Origin: an uncultured Gammaproteobacteria bacterium
Lineage (GTDB): Bacteria; Pseudomonadota; Gammaproteobacteria; Steroidobacterales; Rariloculaceae
Direction of reading: 5' to 3'
NCBI GenBank assembly: GCA_964276105.1
Contig: CAXYEE010000026.1
Coordinates: 247-64,246 of the forward strand
Length of the DNA: 64,000 nucleotides
Part shown: piece after piece, positions 1 to 9,661 of the stretch
Layout of the letters: every line of letters begins with the position of its first letter
Numbering within the stretch: the stretch's first letter is position 1
The notes under the pieces: model-generated
What the model saw: the letters and a program-made list of their open reading frames with translations, nothing else
Database searches by the model: none
What the model was told of the DNA's origin: nothing
Translations under genes and position numbers: made by a program

Positions 1-878
1 TGCTCAGCTTTTAGTGAAAATTCATTGCGTAGTTCAATGACGGCTTGTTGTATTGGGTGAGAAACGATTCCATTGGCGAAGGGTTTTAATCCATTCATTT
101 TTAATTCCCAACGTTTCCCAAAATCGCCGATTAGGGCTTCTTCCGAATGTCCGTCACGTGAGGCAACAGCCCAAAAACCACGTCTTCCGCCAATAATGTC
201 ATTACCACCTGTAAATCCGACATGTGCCCAATTGGCTGCTCTTAATCCATTCTCAGCAGCATGACCAGCATGCAGAGGCTTGCCATGAGTGCCAAATACT
301 TCGCGTACCCCAGCAGCAAGAGTTCCAGCGACACCAAAAGCATTGGTAAGCTGTAGATTATCTAGTCCAATGATTTTTCCAGCACCAGCTGCCGCTCCAA
401 ATACGCCTGCTGTACCAGTAATATGCCAGCCTTGGTCGTAGTGCCAAGGATGCACAGATATTGCAATTCGACAGGCAACCTCTGCCCCTAGTGTAAAGGC
501 ACAAAGCGTATCGCGACCACTAGCGCCGAGATTTTCAGAAAGTGCTAAAACCGCTGGCCAAACTGGTGCTGTTGGATGCAGAATTGTTGGAAAGTGTGTG
601 TCATCGTAGTCCTGTAGATGACAAAGAAAGCCATTTACAAGGGCTGCATTACTAGGAGATGTTCTTAGGCTCGTGCCGATTATGGCAGATTTTTTTGAAG
701 CTTCTTCATGTGTTGCCCATTCGATAAGGATTTTTGCCCCATGCGCCTCAGACGCTGATAGAGATATTGCCAACATGTTTAATAAAGTGCGTTTAGCTTC
801 GTGAATACACCAGTCTGGCAAATCGTTGTAATCTGTAGTGGTGACGAAGTTGGAAATTGATTGTGTGACGGTTGTCAT
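1..878 (-). CDS. MmgE/PrpD family protein (2-methylcitrate dehydratase-like), C-terminus beyond left window edge
   Basis: Absent from the ORF track because it runs off the edge. Reverse-strand reading from the ATG at 876-878 (AAGGA upstream) gives MTTVTQSISNFVTTTDYNDLPDWCIHEAKRTLLNMLAISLSAS...LHPTAPVWPAVLALSE...GWHITGTAGVFGAAAGAGKIIGL...GTHGKPLHAGHAAENGL. The frame is uninterrupted and matches the typical MmgE/PrpD pattern. Confidence 0.8.
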   Translation of the reverse strand, partial: MTTVTQSISNFVTTTDYNDLPDWCIHEAKRTLLNMLAISLSASEAHGAKILIEWATHEEASKKSAIIGTSLRTSPSNAALVNGFLCHLQDYDDTHFPTILHPTAPVWPAVLALSENLGASGRDTLCAFTLGAEVACRIAISVHPWHYDQGWHITGTAGVFGAAAGAGKIIGLDNLQLTNAFGVAGTLAAGVREVFGTHGKPLHAGHAAENGLRAANWAHVGFTGGNDIIGGRRGFWAVASRDGHSEEALIGDFGKRWELKMNGLKPFANGIVSHPIQQAVIELRNEFSLKAE

Positions 879-974
879 TGAGTTGTTCCTTTCTGGGGAT
901 GGGGATTATGCCTGTTGTGAAGGTGTCATAGAATCCTTTGATGGTTGTTTACAATGGTTCTACTTAGAAAGTAA

Positions 975-1988
975 GTGGGGTGGCCAAGAATGAAGATGGT
1001 TATTTTTTTTATTGCATTAATGGTTGTTCCAAGATGGTTAATCCATGCGCACCATAGTGAGGCAGGGTTTGATAAAGACACGGTGATCGCTTTTGAGGCA
1101 AAAGTAATTAAGTATGACTGGCGAAATCCTCATGTATATTTTTTGGTTGAAACCGCTGGTATTAGTGAGGATCCTATTGAGTGGAATATAGAGACTAGTT
1201 CAACCCCGATACTTAGCCGTGGCGGATGGACTCAGGATTCTCTAAAACCCGGAGATAAGGTAATTATTCGGGGTCATCCTGAACGTAATTCATCTCGTAA
1301 CTATGCGATTCTGCTAACTCTTGAAAAGGAGGATGGATTGATTCTTTCAGCCGCATCTCCAGATCCTAAGGGTATTACTAGCGCATCTAATTTATCAGGG
1401 GTATGGAAGGGATCTGGTGGTCAAGCGGATGGGGAGTTTCGACAACGTTTGAGTAGTCCTACGCTGACAGAAAAAGGAGCTATTGCAAGGAGTACTTACA
1501 ATTTTTATACCGATAGTCCAGTCGCTCAATGTATTGCGCATACGTCGCCATGGTTAATAACAACGGGCCTATATTTAAATGAAATAAACCTTCAGGATGA
1601 TATTGTTATTATGCGCAGTGAGTTTTTTGATGTAGAAAGAAAGGTTTTTATGGATGGACGTGGGCATCCGGTTGATGGTGAACGTACTCAGCAGGGACAT
1701 TCAATTGGGTGGTGGGAAAATGAGACACTAGTTGTGGATAGTAGTCTTTTCTCTGACCATAGGACTGGCAATGGTCCCGGGATACCATCAGGAGCTCATA
1801 AGCATGTTGTTGAGAGATACACTCTGAGTGAGGATCGTAGGCGTATCACCTTAGAGATCCTTTTAGAAGATGAGGAGTATCTAGCTGAGCCGCTAAGTGG
1901 CAGTATTGAGTGGATTTATGCCTCTGAATTGCAGCTTTATAGCTATAACTGTGCCCAGGATGTTTCAAGAGCGTTTAGGCAGGATTAG
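975..1988 (+). CDS. Exported fusion protein: N-terminal His-His small-protein domain (DUF6152-like) fused to a C-terminal domain of the GxSxGxW[ED]G family; function unknown
   Basis: 337-aa ORF; the more likely start is the ATG at 990 (MKMVIFFIALMVVPRWLIHA|HHSEAGF, a signal-peptide-like N-terminus). Residues ~25-125 align with the small proteins at 9662, 58756 and 62102 (HHS..F......V..Y.WRNPHVYF...W.IE......GW......GDKV.I.G). The C-terminal half carries CIAHTSPW, RKVFMDGRGHP, GHSIGWWENETLVV, VVERYT and YNCAQD, which are shared with the ORFs at 8693, 10072, 56173 and 56994. Confidence 0.8.
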   Translation: MGWPRMKMVIFFIALMVVPRWLIHAHHSEAGFDKDTVIAFEAKVIKYDWRNPHVYFLVETAGISEDPIEWNIETSSTPILSRGGWTQDSLKPGDKVIIRGHPERNSSRNYAILLTLEKEDGLILSAASPDPKGITSASNLSGVWKGSGGQADGEFRQRLSSPTLTEKGAIARSTYNFYTDSPVAQCIAHTSPWLITTGLYLNEINLQDDIVIMRSEFFDVERKVFMDGRGHPVDGERTQQGHSIGWWENETLVVDSSLFSDHRTGNGPGIPSGAHKHVVERYTLSEDRRRITLEILLEDEEYLAEPLSGSIEWIYASELQLYSYNCAQDVSRAFRQD

Positions 1989-2012
1989 CTTAAATTAAAG
2001 GAAGTTTTGACG

Positions 2013-4190
2013 ATGAGATTTTTTTCTATAGGAATAGTTATCGTAATAGCCGGTATTTTATTTGTTAGGAACAGTGCCGCTCAAATTGATTCTGATGTGG
2101 TCACAATTGATACAGACGATATTGGTGGATTGGTTGTTAGTAAATCTGGTGCTGAAGCTGGTGTATGGGTGATTGCGGAGACTAGGGATTTGCCAACAGG
2201 TTTTCGTAAGATTGTTGTGACAGATGAATCAGGCTACTACTTGATACCAGACCTGCCCTTAGCCAGTTATGACATTTGGGTGCGTGGTTATGGGCTGATC
2301 GATTCTCCAAAGTTAGAAGCAGCGCCTGGTGAAATTATTAATTTGACAGCAGTTGAAGCACCTACTCCTCAAGAGGCAGCTCAATACTATCCATCAAGTT
2401 ATTGGTATTCACTTATTGAGATTCCACCTAAAAGTGATTTTCCTGGAACAGGTCCTAATGGCAATGGAATAGCGACTGGTCTGTTAAGCCAGCTTCACTG
2501 GATTGGTCAGATGAAAGCAGGTGCAGTTGGGGGAGGGTGCTCGGTTTGTCACCAGTTAGGTAATAAAGCTACCCGTGAGATCCCACAAGAACTAGGCGCT
2601 TTTGATTCGACAGTAGATGCTTGGGACAGGCGCGTGCAATCAGGGCAGGCTGGTGCGAGCATGACAGCCGCTATGTCGAGATTTGGTCGTCGCCGCGCAT
2701 TAGAAATGTACGCAGATTGGACCGATCGAATTGTAGAAGGTGAAATTCCATCTGAGCCCCCTAGACCACAGGGTATCGAGCGCAACCTTGTAGTTACACA
2801 GTGGGATTGGGCTGATCCGGTTGGCTTTGTGCACGATACAGTCTCTACCGACAAACGGAATCCAATGCTCAATGCTAATGGTCTTGTCTATGGGGTGCAG
2901 GAGTTCAGTACACCGGATCTAAATATCCTGGATCCTGTGAAGAATAGTTTGACTCGAATTACTGCTCCTGTCCGTGATGAAAATACACCCTTTATGAATC
3001 CGCAGTTTGTATTTCAGCCCTCGGCTCATAATGGGGATGAGATAGTATGGTCTGGGAAAGCCAGTTTGCATAACCCAATGATGGATCACATGGGGAGAGT
3101 GTGGCTTACCCACACGATTCGTGCACCTGAGACCCCTGATTTTTGTCGTGAAGGCTCTAATCATCCGTCAGCAAAACTTTTTCCTGTAGAACGAAGTAAT
3201 CGACATCTTTCTGTTTATGATCCAGCAACAGAGGGTTTTTCATTGATTGATACCTGTTTTGGGACGCACCATCTACAGATAGCAGAAGATGAAGACAACA
3301 CGGTTTGGGCAAGTAATCCTGGTAGCCCAGTATTGGGCTGGTTAAATATGCGATTGTTTGATGAAACTGGTGATGAGCAACAGGCACAGGGCTGGTGTCC
3401 TTATATACTAGATACTAATGGGAATGGTCAGCAGGACGTGTATGTTGAGCCAAATGAGCCAATCGACCCAACTCAGGACAAACGTATAGATGGAGGCAGT
3501 TACGGAATTATTCCAAGCCCTGTTGATGGGTCGATTTGGGTAGCGCAGGGTTATGACGTACCAGGTGCCATAATAAGACTGAGTCCTGGAGCTAATCCTC
3601 CAAACACATGTCTTGCAGAGGTCTATGAGCCTCCCTTTAATAATCCAGCATCCACTATTAGTGGTTTTACTCCGAGGGGGATCGATATTGACCGTGAAGG
3701 AGTTATATGGACTGCCTTAGCTGGTAGTGGGCACTTTGCAAGTTTTGATCGCCGTAAGTGCTCAGTGCTTAATGGGCCAACAGCTACAGGGCAGCACTGT
3801 GCAGAAGGATGGACGCTGCATGAGACACCAGGACCTCACTTTAAGGACGTTGCCTATTCGGGTAGTGCTGATATGTTGTACTACAACTGGGTAGACCAAT
3901 TCGATACATTAGGTCTTGGTAAAGATGTGCCAATTGCGACGGGAACTGGGTCTGATTCACTATTGGTGCTACAACCCGATGGAGAGTTTCTTGTATTGCG
4001 TGTGCCTTACCCTATGGGATTTTCTACACGTGGTGTTGATGGCCGGATTGATGATCCAAATACTGGATGGAAAGGCAGAGGGCTTTGGGCAAACTACGCT
4101 ATTCATGCACCTTGGCATACTGAGGGTGGTGAAGGTGTAACCAGTAAAGCTGTTAAGTTTCAGTTGCGACCAGATCCGCTTGCGAGATAA
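2013..4190 (+). CDS. Exported protein with carboxypeptidase-regulatory-like N-domain, one CxxCH haem-c binding motif and a beta-propeller-like (Vgb/SMP-30-like) C-terminal region
   Basis: The track ORF starts at TTG 2007; ATG 2013 lies 8 nt after AGGAAG. N-terminal hydrophobic signal (MRFFSIGIVIVIAGILFVRNSAAQ). GVWVIAETRDLPTGFRKIVVTDESGYYLIPDLPLASYDIWVRGYG resembles CarboxypepD_reg. CSVCH is encoded at 2538-2552. Repeated GSIWVAQ / GVIWTAL / NTVWASN strand motifs suggest a propeller. It starts about 20 nt after the preceding gene's stop. Confidence 0.7.
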   Translation: MRFFSIGIVIVIAGILFVRNSAAQIDSDVVTIDTDDIGGLVVSKSGAEAGVWVIAETRDLPTGFRKIVVTDESGYYLIPDLPLASYDIWVRGYGLIDSPKLEAAPGEIINLTAVEAPTPQEAAQYYPSSYWYSLIEIPPKSDFPGTGPNGNGIATGLLSQLHWIGQMKAGAVGGGCSVCHQLGNKATREIPQELGAFDSTVDAWDRRVQSGQAGASMTAAMSRFGRRRALEMYADWTDRIVEGEIPSEPPRPQGIERNLVVTQWDWADPVGFVHDTVSTDKRNPMLNANGLVYGVQEFSTPDLNILDPVKNSLTRITAPVRDENTPFMNPQFVFQPSAHNGDEIVWSGKASLHNPMMDHMGRVWLTHTIRAPETPDFCREGSNHPSAKLFPVERSNRHLSVYDPATEGFSLIDTCFGTHHLQIAEDEDNTVWASNPGSPVLGWLNMRLFDETGDEQQAQGWCPYILDTNGNGQQDVYVEPNEPIDPTQDKRIDGGSYGIIPSPVDGSIWVAQGYDVPGAIIRLSPGANPPNTCLAEVYEPPFNNPASTISGFTPRGIDIDREGVIWTALAGSGHFASFDRRKCSVLNGPTATGQHCAEGWTLHETPGPHFKDVAYSGSADMLYYNWVDQFDTLGLGKDVPIATGTGSDSLLVLQPDGEFLVLRVPYPMGFSTRGVDGRIDDPNTGWKGRGLWANYAIHAPWHTEGGEGVTSKAVKFQLRPDPLAR

Positions 4191-4213
4191 TTATATTAGG
4201 TATCATTGGTTGG

Positions 4214-5230
4214 CTAGTCTGGTAACTTAATCATCAGTTTGCCAAAGTTGTCGCCGCTAAAAAGTCGTAGCAGTGTTGATGGAAAAATATCAACTTGACC
4301 TTCGGTAATGTCTTCTAGTCCAGTGAATTTTCCAGCGCTCCGCCATTCGGCAAGGTCTTTTAACATACTTGGCCATTCCGCACGGAAATCAAAATAAATA
4401 AATCCCTCCATGCGAGCACGTCGACGTAATAACAATAGATAGTTACTTGGTCCTTCGATTGCTTTAGTGAGATTATATTGAGAAATTGCTCCACAAATAA
4501 TTATTCGGGCTCCGATATTAATAACGCTGAGCCCAGCATCCAATGTGGCACCTCCCACATTATCAAAAAATATATCTATCCCATCAGGACAATATTGTTT
4601 TATGTCCTCTAAAAGGTTGCCTTTTTTATAATCAATAGCCGCATCAAATCCTAGTTCATCGATAAGGTAATCACATTTTTTATTGCCACCTGCTATTCCA
4701 ATAACCTTATTTCCCTTGATCTTGGCTATTTGACCAACATGAGCACCAACAGAGCCGGCAGCACCAGAAACGAGAATAGTGTCATCGGTCTGAAGTTTAC
4801 CAACCTTTATTAATCCGCAATATGCGGTTAGTCCAGCAATGCCGAGTGTTCCTAGATATGTTTGTGGAGGGGCTATAGATAGATCGGCTTTGATGTAATC
4901 CAAACCATCAGAGACGGCATAATTTTGAACGCCATCAAGCCCCGAGACCCAATCTCCAATCTGAAATGAGTCATTTTTTGATTCTATAATTTCACCAACT
5001 GTGAGGGCTCGCATTACAGAACCAAGCCCAACTGGTGGAACATAGGACGGGCTATCATTTAGCCATCCCCGCATTGCAGGATCAATTGAAATGTATTTAA
5101 TTTTAGTTAGTACCTGGCCTTGAGCAATCCTTGGAATAGTTCCGTCAATGATGGTCCAATCACTGTCTTTGGGAAGTCCTTTTGGACGGTTTGCTAAACA
5201 TACCTGACGATTGATTATGCTTTTTTTCAT
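4214..5230 (-). CDS. NADP-dependent oxidoreductase, medium-chain dehydrogenase/reductase family (YncB/CurA, alkenal/enone reductase-like)
   Basis: 338 aa. The nucleotide-binding motif VSGAAGSVGAHVGQIAKIKG and the overall pattern (PKGLPKDSDW...YISIDPAMRGW...GKLMIKL) are typical of this MDR subfamily. Confidence 0.85.
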   Translation of the reverse strand: MKKSIINRQVCLANRPKGLPKDSDWTIIDGTIPRIAQGQVLTKIKYISIDPAMRGWLNDSPSYVPPVGLGSVMRALTVGEIIESKNDSFQIGDWVSGLDGVQNYAVSDGLDYIKADLSIAPPQTYLGTLGIAGLTAYCGLIKVGKLQTDDTILVSGAAGSVGAHVGQIAKIKGNKVIGIAGGNKKCDYLIDELGFDAAIDYKKGNLLEDIKQYCPDGIDIFFDNVGGATLDAGLSVINIGARIIICGAISQYNLTKAIEGPSNYLLLLRRRARMEGFIYFDFRAEWPSMLKDLAEWRSAGKFTGLEDITEGQVDIFPSTLLRLFSGDNFGKLMIKLPD

Positions 5231-5334
5231 TAGTGTCTACTCAAGATTTACGTAATATTTAATAGGCTTTGTGTTCTTGATAAAAGCCTAGATTTTTTAT
5301 TGTATATGATTGAATATTGCTGAATCTTAGAAAA

Positions 5335-6717
5335 TCATTGAACTACTCTAACTCGAAAGTTCCGAGCTTTAATCTTACCTTCAACGAGTTTTTTCATGGC
5401 AAGTTTAACTGCCTCACGCCTTACGGCTACAAAAGTTTGATCATTAAAAATATTGATTTTTCCAACCTGAGACCCATTTACTCCATGTTTTCCTGTTAAT
5501 GCTCCTAGGACATCCCCAGGCCGAATTTTTTGGCGTTTTCCACCGGATATTAAAAGAGTAATCATTGTTGCTTTAGGGGGAGGGGATTTTGGTGCTAGCA
5601 GGTTACTAAGAGGTTCATCTGTAATGACTTTATCGAGTGACTCTTGTAGTAATTTCAGTTTATAGGCATCTTTTTCTCTGAATAGTGTAATCGCTACGCC
5701 CGTTTTTCCAGCACGTCCAGTACGCCCGATACGGTGTAAATGTATGTCGGAAGAAGTGGCGATATGAAAGTTAATGACTGCGTCTAAAGAATCAATATCT
5801 ATACCTCGGGCTGCCACATCGGTAGCAACTAGAATTTGAATGCTTCTATTGGAAAACTGGACAAGAGTTTGTGTGCGGTTACGTTGATCGAAGTCACCAT
5901 GTAATGCGAGGGCGCTGAATCCAGTAGTTATTAGTTTATCGGCAACCCGCTGTGTTTCTATTTTTGTATTACAGAATATTAGGATTGATTCGAATCCTTT
6001 CTGCAGAAGTAACGAACGCAGTATGTCTACTTCGTTATCATCATTAACTTTATAAAAACTCTGCTTAATAGTAATGCTGTCATGAGTTGACTCAACATGA
6101 ATTTTTATCGGGTCATTCATGACTCGTTTAACAATAGACTGTATATTTCTTGGGAAAGTAGCGCTGAAGAGTAGTGTTTGCCGTTGTTTTGGAATTTGCT
6201 CAATTATTACATCGAGAGTTTCCTGAAATCCCATATCCATCATGCGATCAGCCTCATCTAAGACGATTATTTTTAGAGTCTTTAGCCGTAATGTGCCTTT
6301 TCTTAAATGATCCTCAACGCGACCGGGTGTCCCGATAATAATATGGACACCATTAGCTATAGATGCAGCCTGTGGTCCAAATGGCAAACCACCACATAAC
6401 GTTAATACTTTTACATTTGGAATTGCACGAGCGAGCCTACGTAGTTCATTAGCAACTTGATCCGCAAGCTCCCGTGTGGGACAAAGCACTAGTGATTGTA
6501 CGTGAAAAATATTTACATCAAGTTTTGTAAGAAGACCAAGACCGAAGGCTGCTGTTTTTCCTGAGCCCGTTTTTCCCTGCGCAATAATGTCGCTATCGGA
6601 AAGGATGTGCGGCAGACTCTTTGCCTGAATGGGGGTCATATGCTCATAACCTAGGGATGGTAGATTACGAAGTAATCTGGCATCCAAAGTAAGTGATGAG
6701 AATGCTATGTTATTCAA
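5335..6717 (-). CDS. dbpA: ATP-dependent RNA helicase DbpA (DEAD-box)
   Basis: 460 aa with AQGKTGSGKT (motif I), PTRELA, VLDEADRMMDMGF (DEAD), SAT and HRIGRTGRAG. The C-terminal DbpA RNA-binding domain is present (GGKRQKIRPGDVLGALTG...FVAV). Confidence 0.9.
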   Translation of the reverse strand: MNNIAFSSLTLDARLLRNLPSLGYEHMTPIQAKSLPHILSDSDIIAQGKTGSGKTAAFGLGLLTKLDVNIFHVQSLVLCPTRELADQVANELRRLARAIPNVKVLTLCGGLPFGPQAASIANGVHIIIGTPGRVEDHLRKGTLRLKTLKIIVLDEADRMMDMGFQETLDVIIEQIPKQRQTLLFSATFPRNIQSIVKRVMNDPIKIHVESTHDSITIKQSFYKVNDDNEVDILRSLLLQKGFESILIFCNTKIETQRVADKLITTGFSALALHGDFDQRNRTQTLVQFSNRSIQILVATDVAARGIDIDSLDAVINFHIATSSDIHLHRIGRTGRAGKTGVAITLFREKDAYKLKLLQESLDKVITDEPLSNLLAPKSPPPKATMITLLISGGKRQKIRPGDVLGALTGKHGVNGSQVGKINIFNDQTFVAVRREAVKLAMKKLVEGKIKARNFRVRVVQ

Positions 6718-6900
6718 TTTAGTTAACCTGTTTGTTAGTCAGTAGTGTTACGTTATCAATTTTTGAGACTTATAGATCATGTTTTTACTCAATATTCTGT
6801 TCATACGCTGTAGCATGCTAACTAATTAAATTGTGAGTTATCAGTTCAGATACAGAAGTAGCATCAGGATCTTGTAGTTAATAGATTTTAGGAATATTCG

Positions 6901-7878
6901 ATGGGGCTTTTAATAGAAGGAAAATGGCATACTGACTGGTACGATACAAAATCAACTGGTGGGAAATTTCAGCGTACAGCCTCCGGTTTTAGAAATTGGA
7001 TAACTAAGGATGGCAGTCCTGGGTTAACCGGTAAAGGTGGCTTCAAAGCAGAACCAGATCGCTACCATTTATATGTGTCGTTGGCCTGTCCCTGGGCTCA
7101 TCGCGCCCTGATTTTTAGAAAATTGAAGGGGTTGGAGGAGCTTATTACAATTTCCTCGGTTAATTCTTTTATGGGTGACGAGGGGTGGACCTTTGAATCA
7201 GGAAATGGCGTCATTGCAGATAATGTGAACCATAAATCAAGACTGCATGAAATTTATACGAAAACATCTGAAAAATATACTGGGCGAGTGACAGTTCCAA
7301 TGCTTTGGGACAAACACAGAGATACGATAGTTAGCAATGAGTCTTCAGAAATAATAAGAATGCTTAATAGTGCCTTTGATGATGTTGGAGCTGCTGTTGG
7401 TGATTTTTATCCTACTGATAAACGTCAAGAAATAGATACTATAAATGAGCTGATTTATAACAACGTTAATAATGGCGTCTATAAGTCTGGTTTTGCAACC
7501 ACACAGGCAGCGTATGATGAAGCAGTAAATAATTTATTTGATGTATTAGAAAAGTTAGAGCAAGTCTTAACAGTAAATCGTTACCTTATTGGAGATCAAA
7601 TAACTGAAGCAGATTGGCGATTATTTACTACGTTGGTTCGTTTCGATGCGGTCTATGTCGGGCATTTTAAATGTAACAAAAAACGGATAATTGATTTTCC
7701 AGAATTATCCAATTATGTTCTGGACTTATATCAGTATCCAGGTATTTCCAGTACTGTTGATTTTGAGCATATTAAATCTCATTACTACGCCTCTCATGAG
7801 AACCTTAATCCCTCATCGATTGTTCCATGGGGGCCTCAACTTAATTTTGATCAGCCTCATAACCGTGATCGGTTCTAG
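6901..7878 (+). CDS. yqjG: Xi-class glutathione S-transferase / glutathionyl-hydroquinone reductase (YqjG/ECM4-like)
   Basis: 325 aa with RYHLYVSLACPWAHRALIFRKLKGLE (the CPWAHR catalytic motif), VPMLWD and SNESSEIIRMLN. Confidence 0.85.
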   Translation: MGLLIEGKWHTDWYDTKSTGGKFQRTASGFRNWITKDGSPGLTGKGGFKAEPDRYHLYVSLACPWAHRALIFRKLKGLEELITISSVNSFMGDEGWTFESGNGVIADNVNHKSRLHEIYTKTSEKYTGRVTVPMLWDKHRDTIVSNESSEIIRMLNSAFDDVGAAVGDFYPTDKRQEIDTINELIYNNVNNGVYKSGFATTQAAYDEAVNNLFDVLEKLEQVLTVNRYLIGDQITEADWRLFTTLVRFDAVYVGHFKCNKKRIIDFPELSNYVLDLYQYPGISSTVDFEHIKSHYYASHENLNPSSIVPWGPQLNFDQPHNRDRF

Positions 7879-7927
7879 TGTTAAATTTATCTGGATTCAC
7901 ATCCCTGTAGTTACGAAAGGATTTTGA

Positions 7928-8686
7928 ATGTTAGGAATACCGAAAATCATTCATCAGCTCTGGAAAACAGAAGAAATCCCTCAACAATGGAAGGCAGCAT
8001 CTCATTCTGTCAGAAGATATCACCCAGGCTGGGAATATCGTCTTTGGACGGATGAGAAGATGGAAACGCACGTACGCGATCTTCATCCTGAGCTTTACGA
8101 CATTTTTATGGGGTTCGACTTAAATATCATGCGTGCAGATGTATTTCGCTACATTCTGATGCATGACTTTGGTGGGATGTACTGTGACTTAGATTATGAG
8201 TTTGTTAGACCCTTTGATTATGGGGTTGAAGAACTTGTGCTGGCCCTAGAATATGATAAATCCTATGGAGATATGGAAAACCAATTAGCAAATTTTGTAT
8301 TTGCCTCCGTGCCTCAACATAAATTGTGGCGGGACATATTAGAAGATATAAAGCGTAATCCGCCAGTTATTAGCGGTAGCCTTGATGTTTGTTTTGCTAC
8401 AGGACCTAAGCTAGTTACTCGTATATTTTATAGTGATGAGGATGGACACCCAGGGGCTAAATTAACAAATCAGCCGGCGTTTAGTCCGCGGCGTGTGCAT
8501 GGCCCTTACGAGCGAAAACATTATATTAATAGTGGTGTTACCTATGGTTTTCATCATGGGTGGGGCAGTTGGAGAGATCGTTGGAACCTCGGTTACATGA
8601 AACTTAGACTCAGTAAAATGCTTGGGTTAGGGCCTGGACCTAATGAGCAAGGTAGGCCGGATGACGTTCCCCCTCTGGGGCGCTAA
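7928..8686 (+). CDS. Glycosyltransferase with DXD motif (Gly_transf_sug / OCH1-like sugar-binding region)
   Basis: 252 aa with IPKIIHQLWKTEEIP...WEYRLWTDE...RADVFRYILMHDFGGMYCDLDYE, the typical signature of this family. Confidence 0.7.
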   Translation: MLGIPKIIHQLWKTEEIPQQWKAASHSVRRYHPGWEYRLWTDEKMETHVRDLHPELYDIFMGFDLNIMRADVFRYILMHDFGGMYCDLDYEFVRPFDYGVEELVLALEYDKSYGDMENQLANFVFASVPQHKLWRDILEDIKRNPPVISGSLDVCFATGPKLVTRIFYSDEDGHPGAKLTNQPAFSPRRVHGPYERKHYINSGVTYGFHHGWGSWRDRWNLGYMKLRLSKMLGLGPGPNEQGRPDDVPPLGR

Positions 8687-8692
8687 AAAACT

Positions 8693-9652
8693 TCACTCAG
8701 AAATAGATTGGTCATCCATGTCGGTGAAATCAAAATCAAGAAATGTTGTTCCGCCATCTTCCGTTTCTATAACAATATTATTTTGACTCTGGCAGTTCCA
8801 CCAGTACTCTAAACGTAGAGGCGAACCTTCTTCCTGATGCATCTGATTATAGGTCTGTCGTGTGTACCATGGAGTTTCAAGTGCTTCAGTGTCATAAAGC
8901 CAGACATCGGCCTGAATTTTACCATCATCAGTTTTTTGCCAAATCTCAATGCTTTCTAAGGCGGTACTTAAATAAGGTAATAGCCTGCCGATCCAGCCTC
9001 CGTTCGTATACATCGTGTGTGTGATAAGTGTGTGACCATCCCAAAACCCGATTGAGTCGCCATGCTCGGTCTCGTAGGCCCAGTCCTCTGGCGTATGGCC
9101 TCGACCATCTGTATAGATCCGGCGTACTTCGTTTCGAGCCTGACCTAAATGCCAGGTCTGATGTGGCGTGACCGCAAACTCATGAGGCCGTCCATTTTTA
9201 AGCATTCCTGGATAACCCCGGGCTTGACCGCAACCTGCATGGGGGTCCCAAATCCGCCCTTGTTGAGCGTTCGCTAGTATCTCATTGTGCCTCGCGGCAT
9301 ACTCACCTTTAAGGGCGGCGGTGGTTTTAACACCAACTCGATCCCTATCGTATCTAAAGGGAGTGCCTTCTCGTTCCCATAACCCACTCCAGTCAGGAAC
9401 TTCATCAAGAGATAAGGTTGTATCCTCTGACTCGGCTTCAAGCGCTTTATAAAACTCCCATGCTGACTCGTACTGCAGGCCTATTTCGATCATTCGTTGT
9501 TTTGTTTGCGGCCAAAATTGATCGTCGACACTTTCACTATCGTAACTGTCTTCTAAAAAGTTTCCCTGAGCAAATGCTAGTGAGGACATAAATGCAAAAG
9601 TCAGAACCTTGAACATCTGATACAGGATGGTTTTAATCAATGTAATATTCAA
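8693..9652 (-). CDS. Exported protein of the GxSxGxW[ED]G domain family (paralogue A-prime); function unknown
   Basis: 319-aa ORF starting at TTG 9652; an alternative ATG at 9616 gives MFKVLTFAFMSSLAFA|QG, a signal-peptide-like N-terminus. Contains HAGCGQARGYPG, RRIYTDGRGHTPEDW, GDSIGFWDGHTLIT and WWNCQSQ. It is near-identical at the DNA level to 10072-10998 over about 800 nt. Confidence 0.8.
   Translation of the reverse strand: MNITLIKTILYQMFKVLTFAFMSSLAFAQGNFLEDSYDSESVDDQFWPQTKQRMIEIGLQYESAWEFYKALEAESEDTTLSLDEVPDWSGLWEREGTPFRYDRDRVGVKTTAALKGEYAARHNEILANAQQGRIWDPHAGCGQARGYPGMLKNGRPHEFAVTPHQTWHLGQARNEVRRIYTDGRGHTPEDWAYETEHGDSIGFWDGHTLITHTMYTNGGWIGRLLPYLSTALESIEIWQKTDDGKIQADVWLYDTEALETPWYTRQTYNQMHQEEGSPLRLEYWWNCQSQNNIVIETEDGGTTFLDFDFTDMDDQSISE
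8708..9507. repeat. Copy 1 of a ~800-bp direct (tandem, gene-spaced) duplication
   Basis: Direct comparison with 10087-10889. Positions 8708-8978 are base-for-base identical to 10087-10357 (271 nt). Further identical blocks are interrupted by short divergent patches around 8979-8991 and 9275-9365, with a 3-nt length difference. Confidence 0.95.
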
Positions 9653-9661
9653 TCTATGAGG

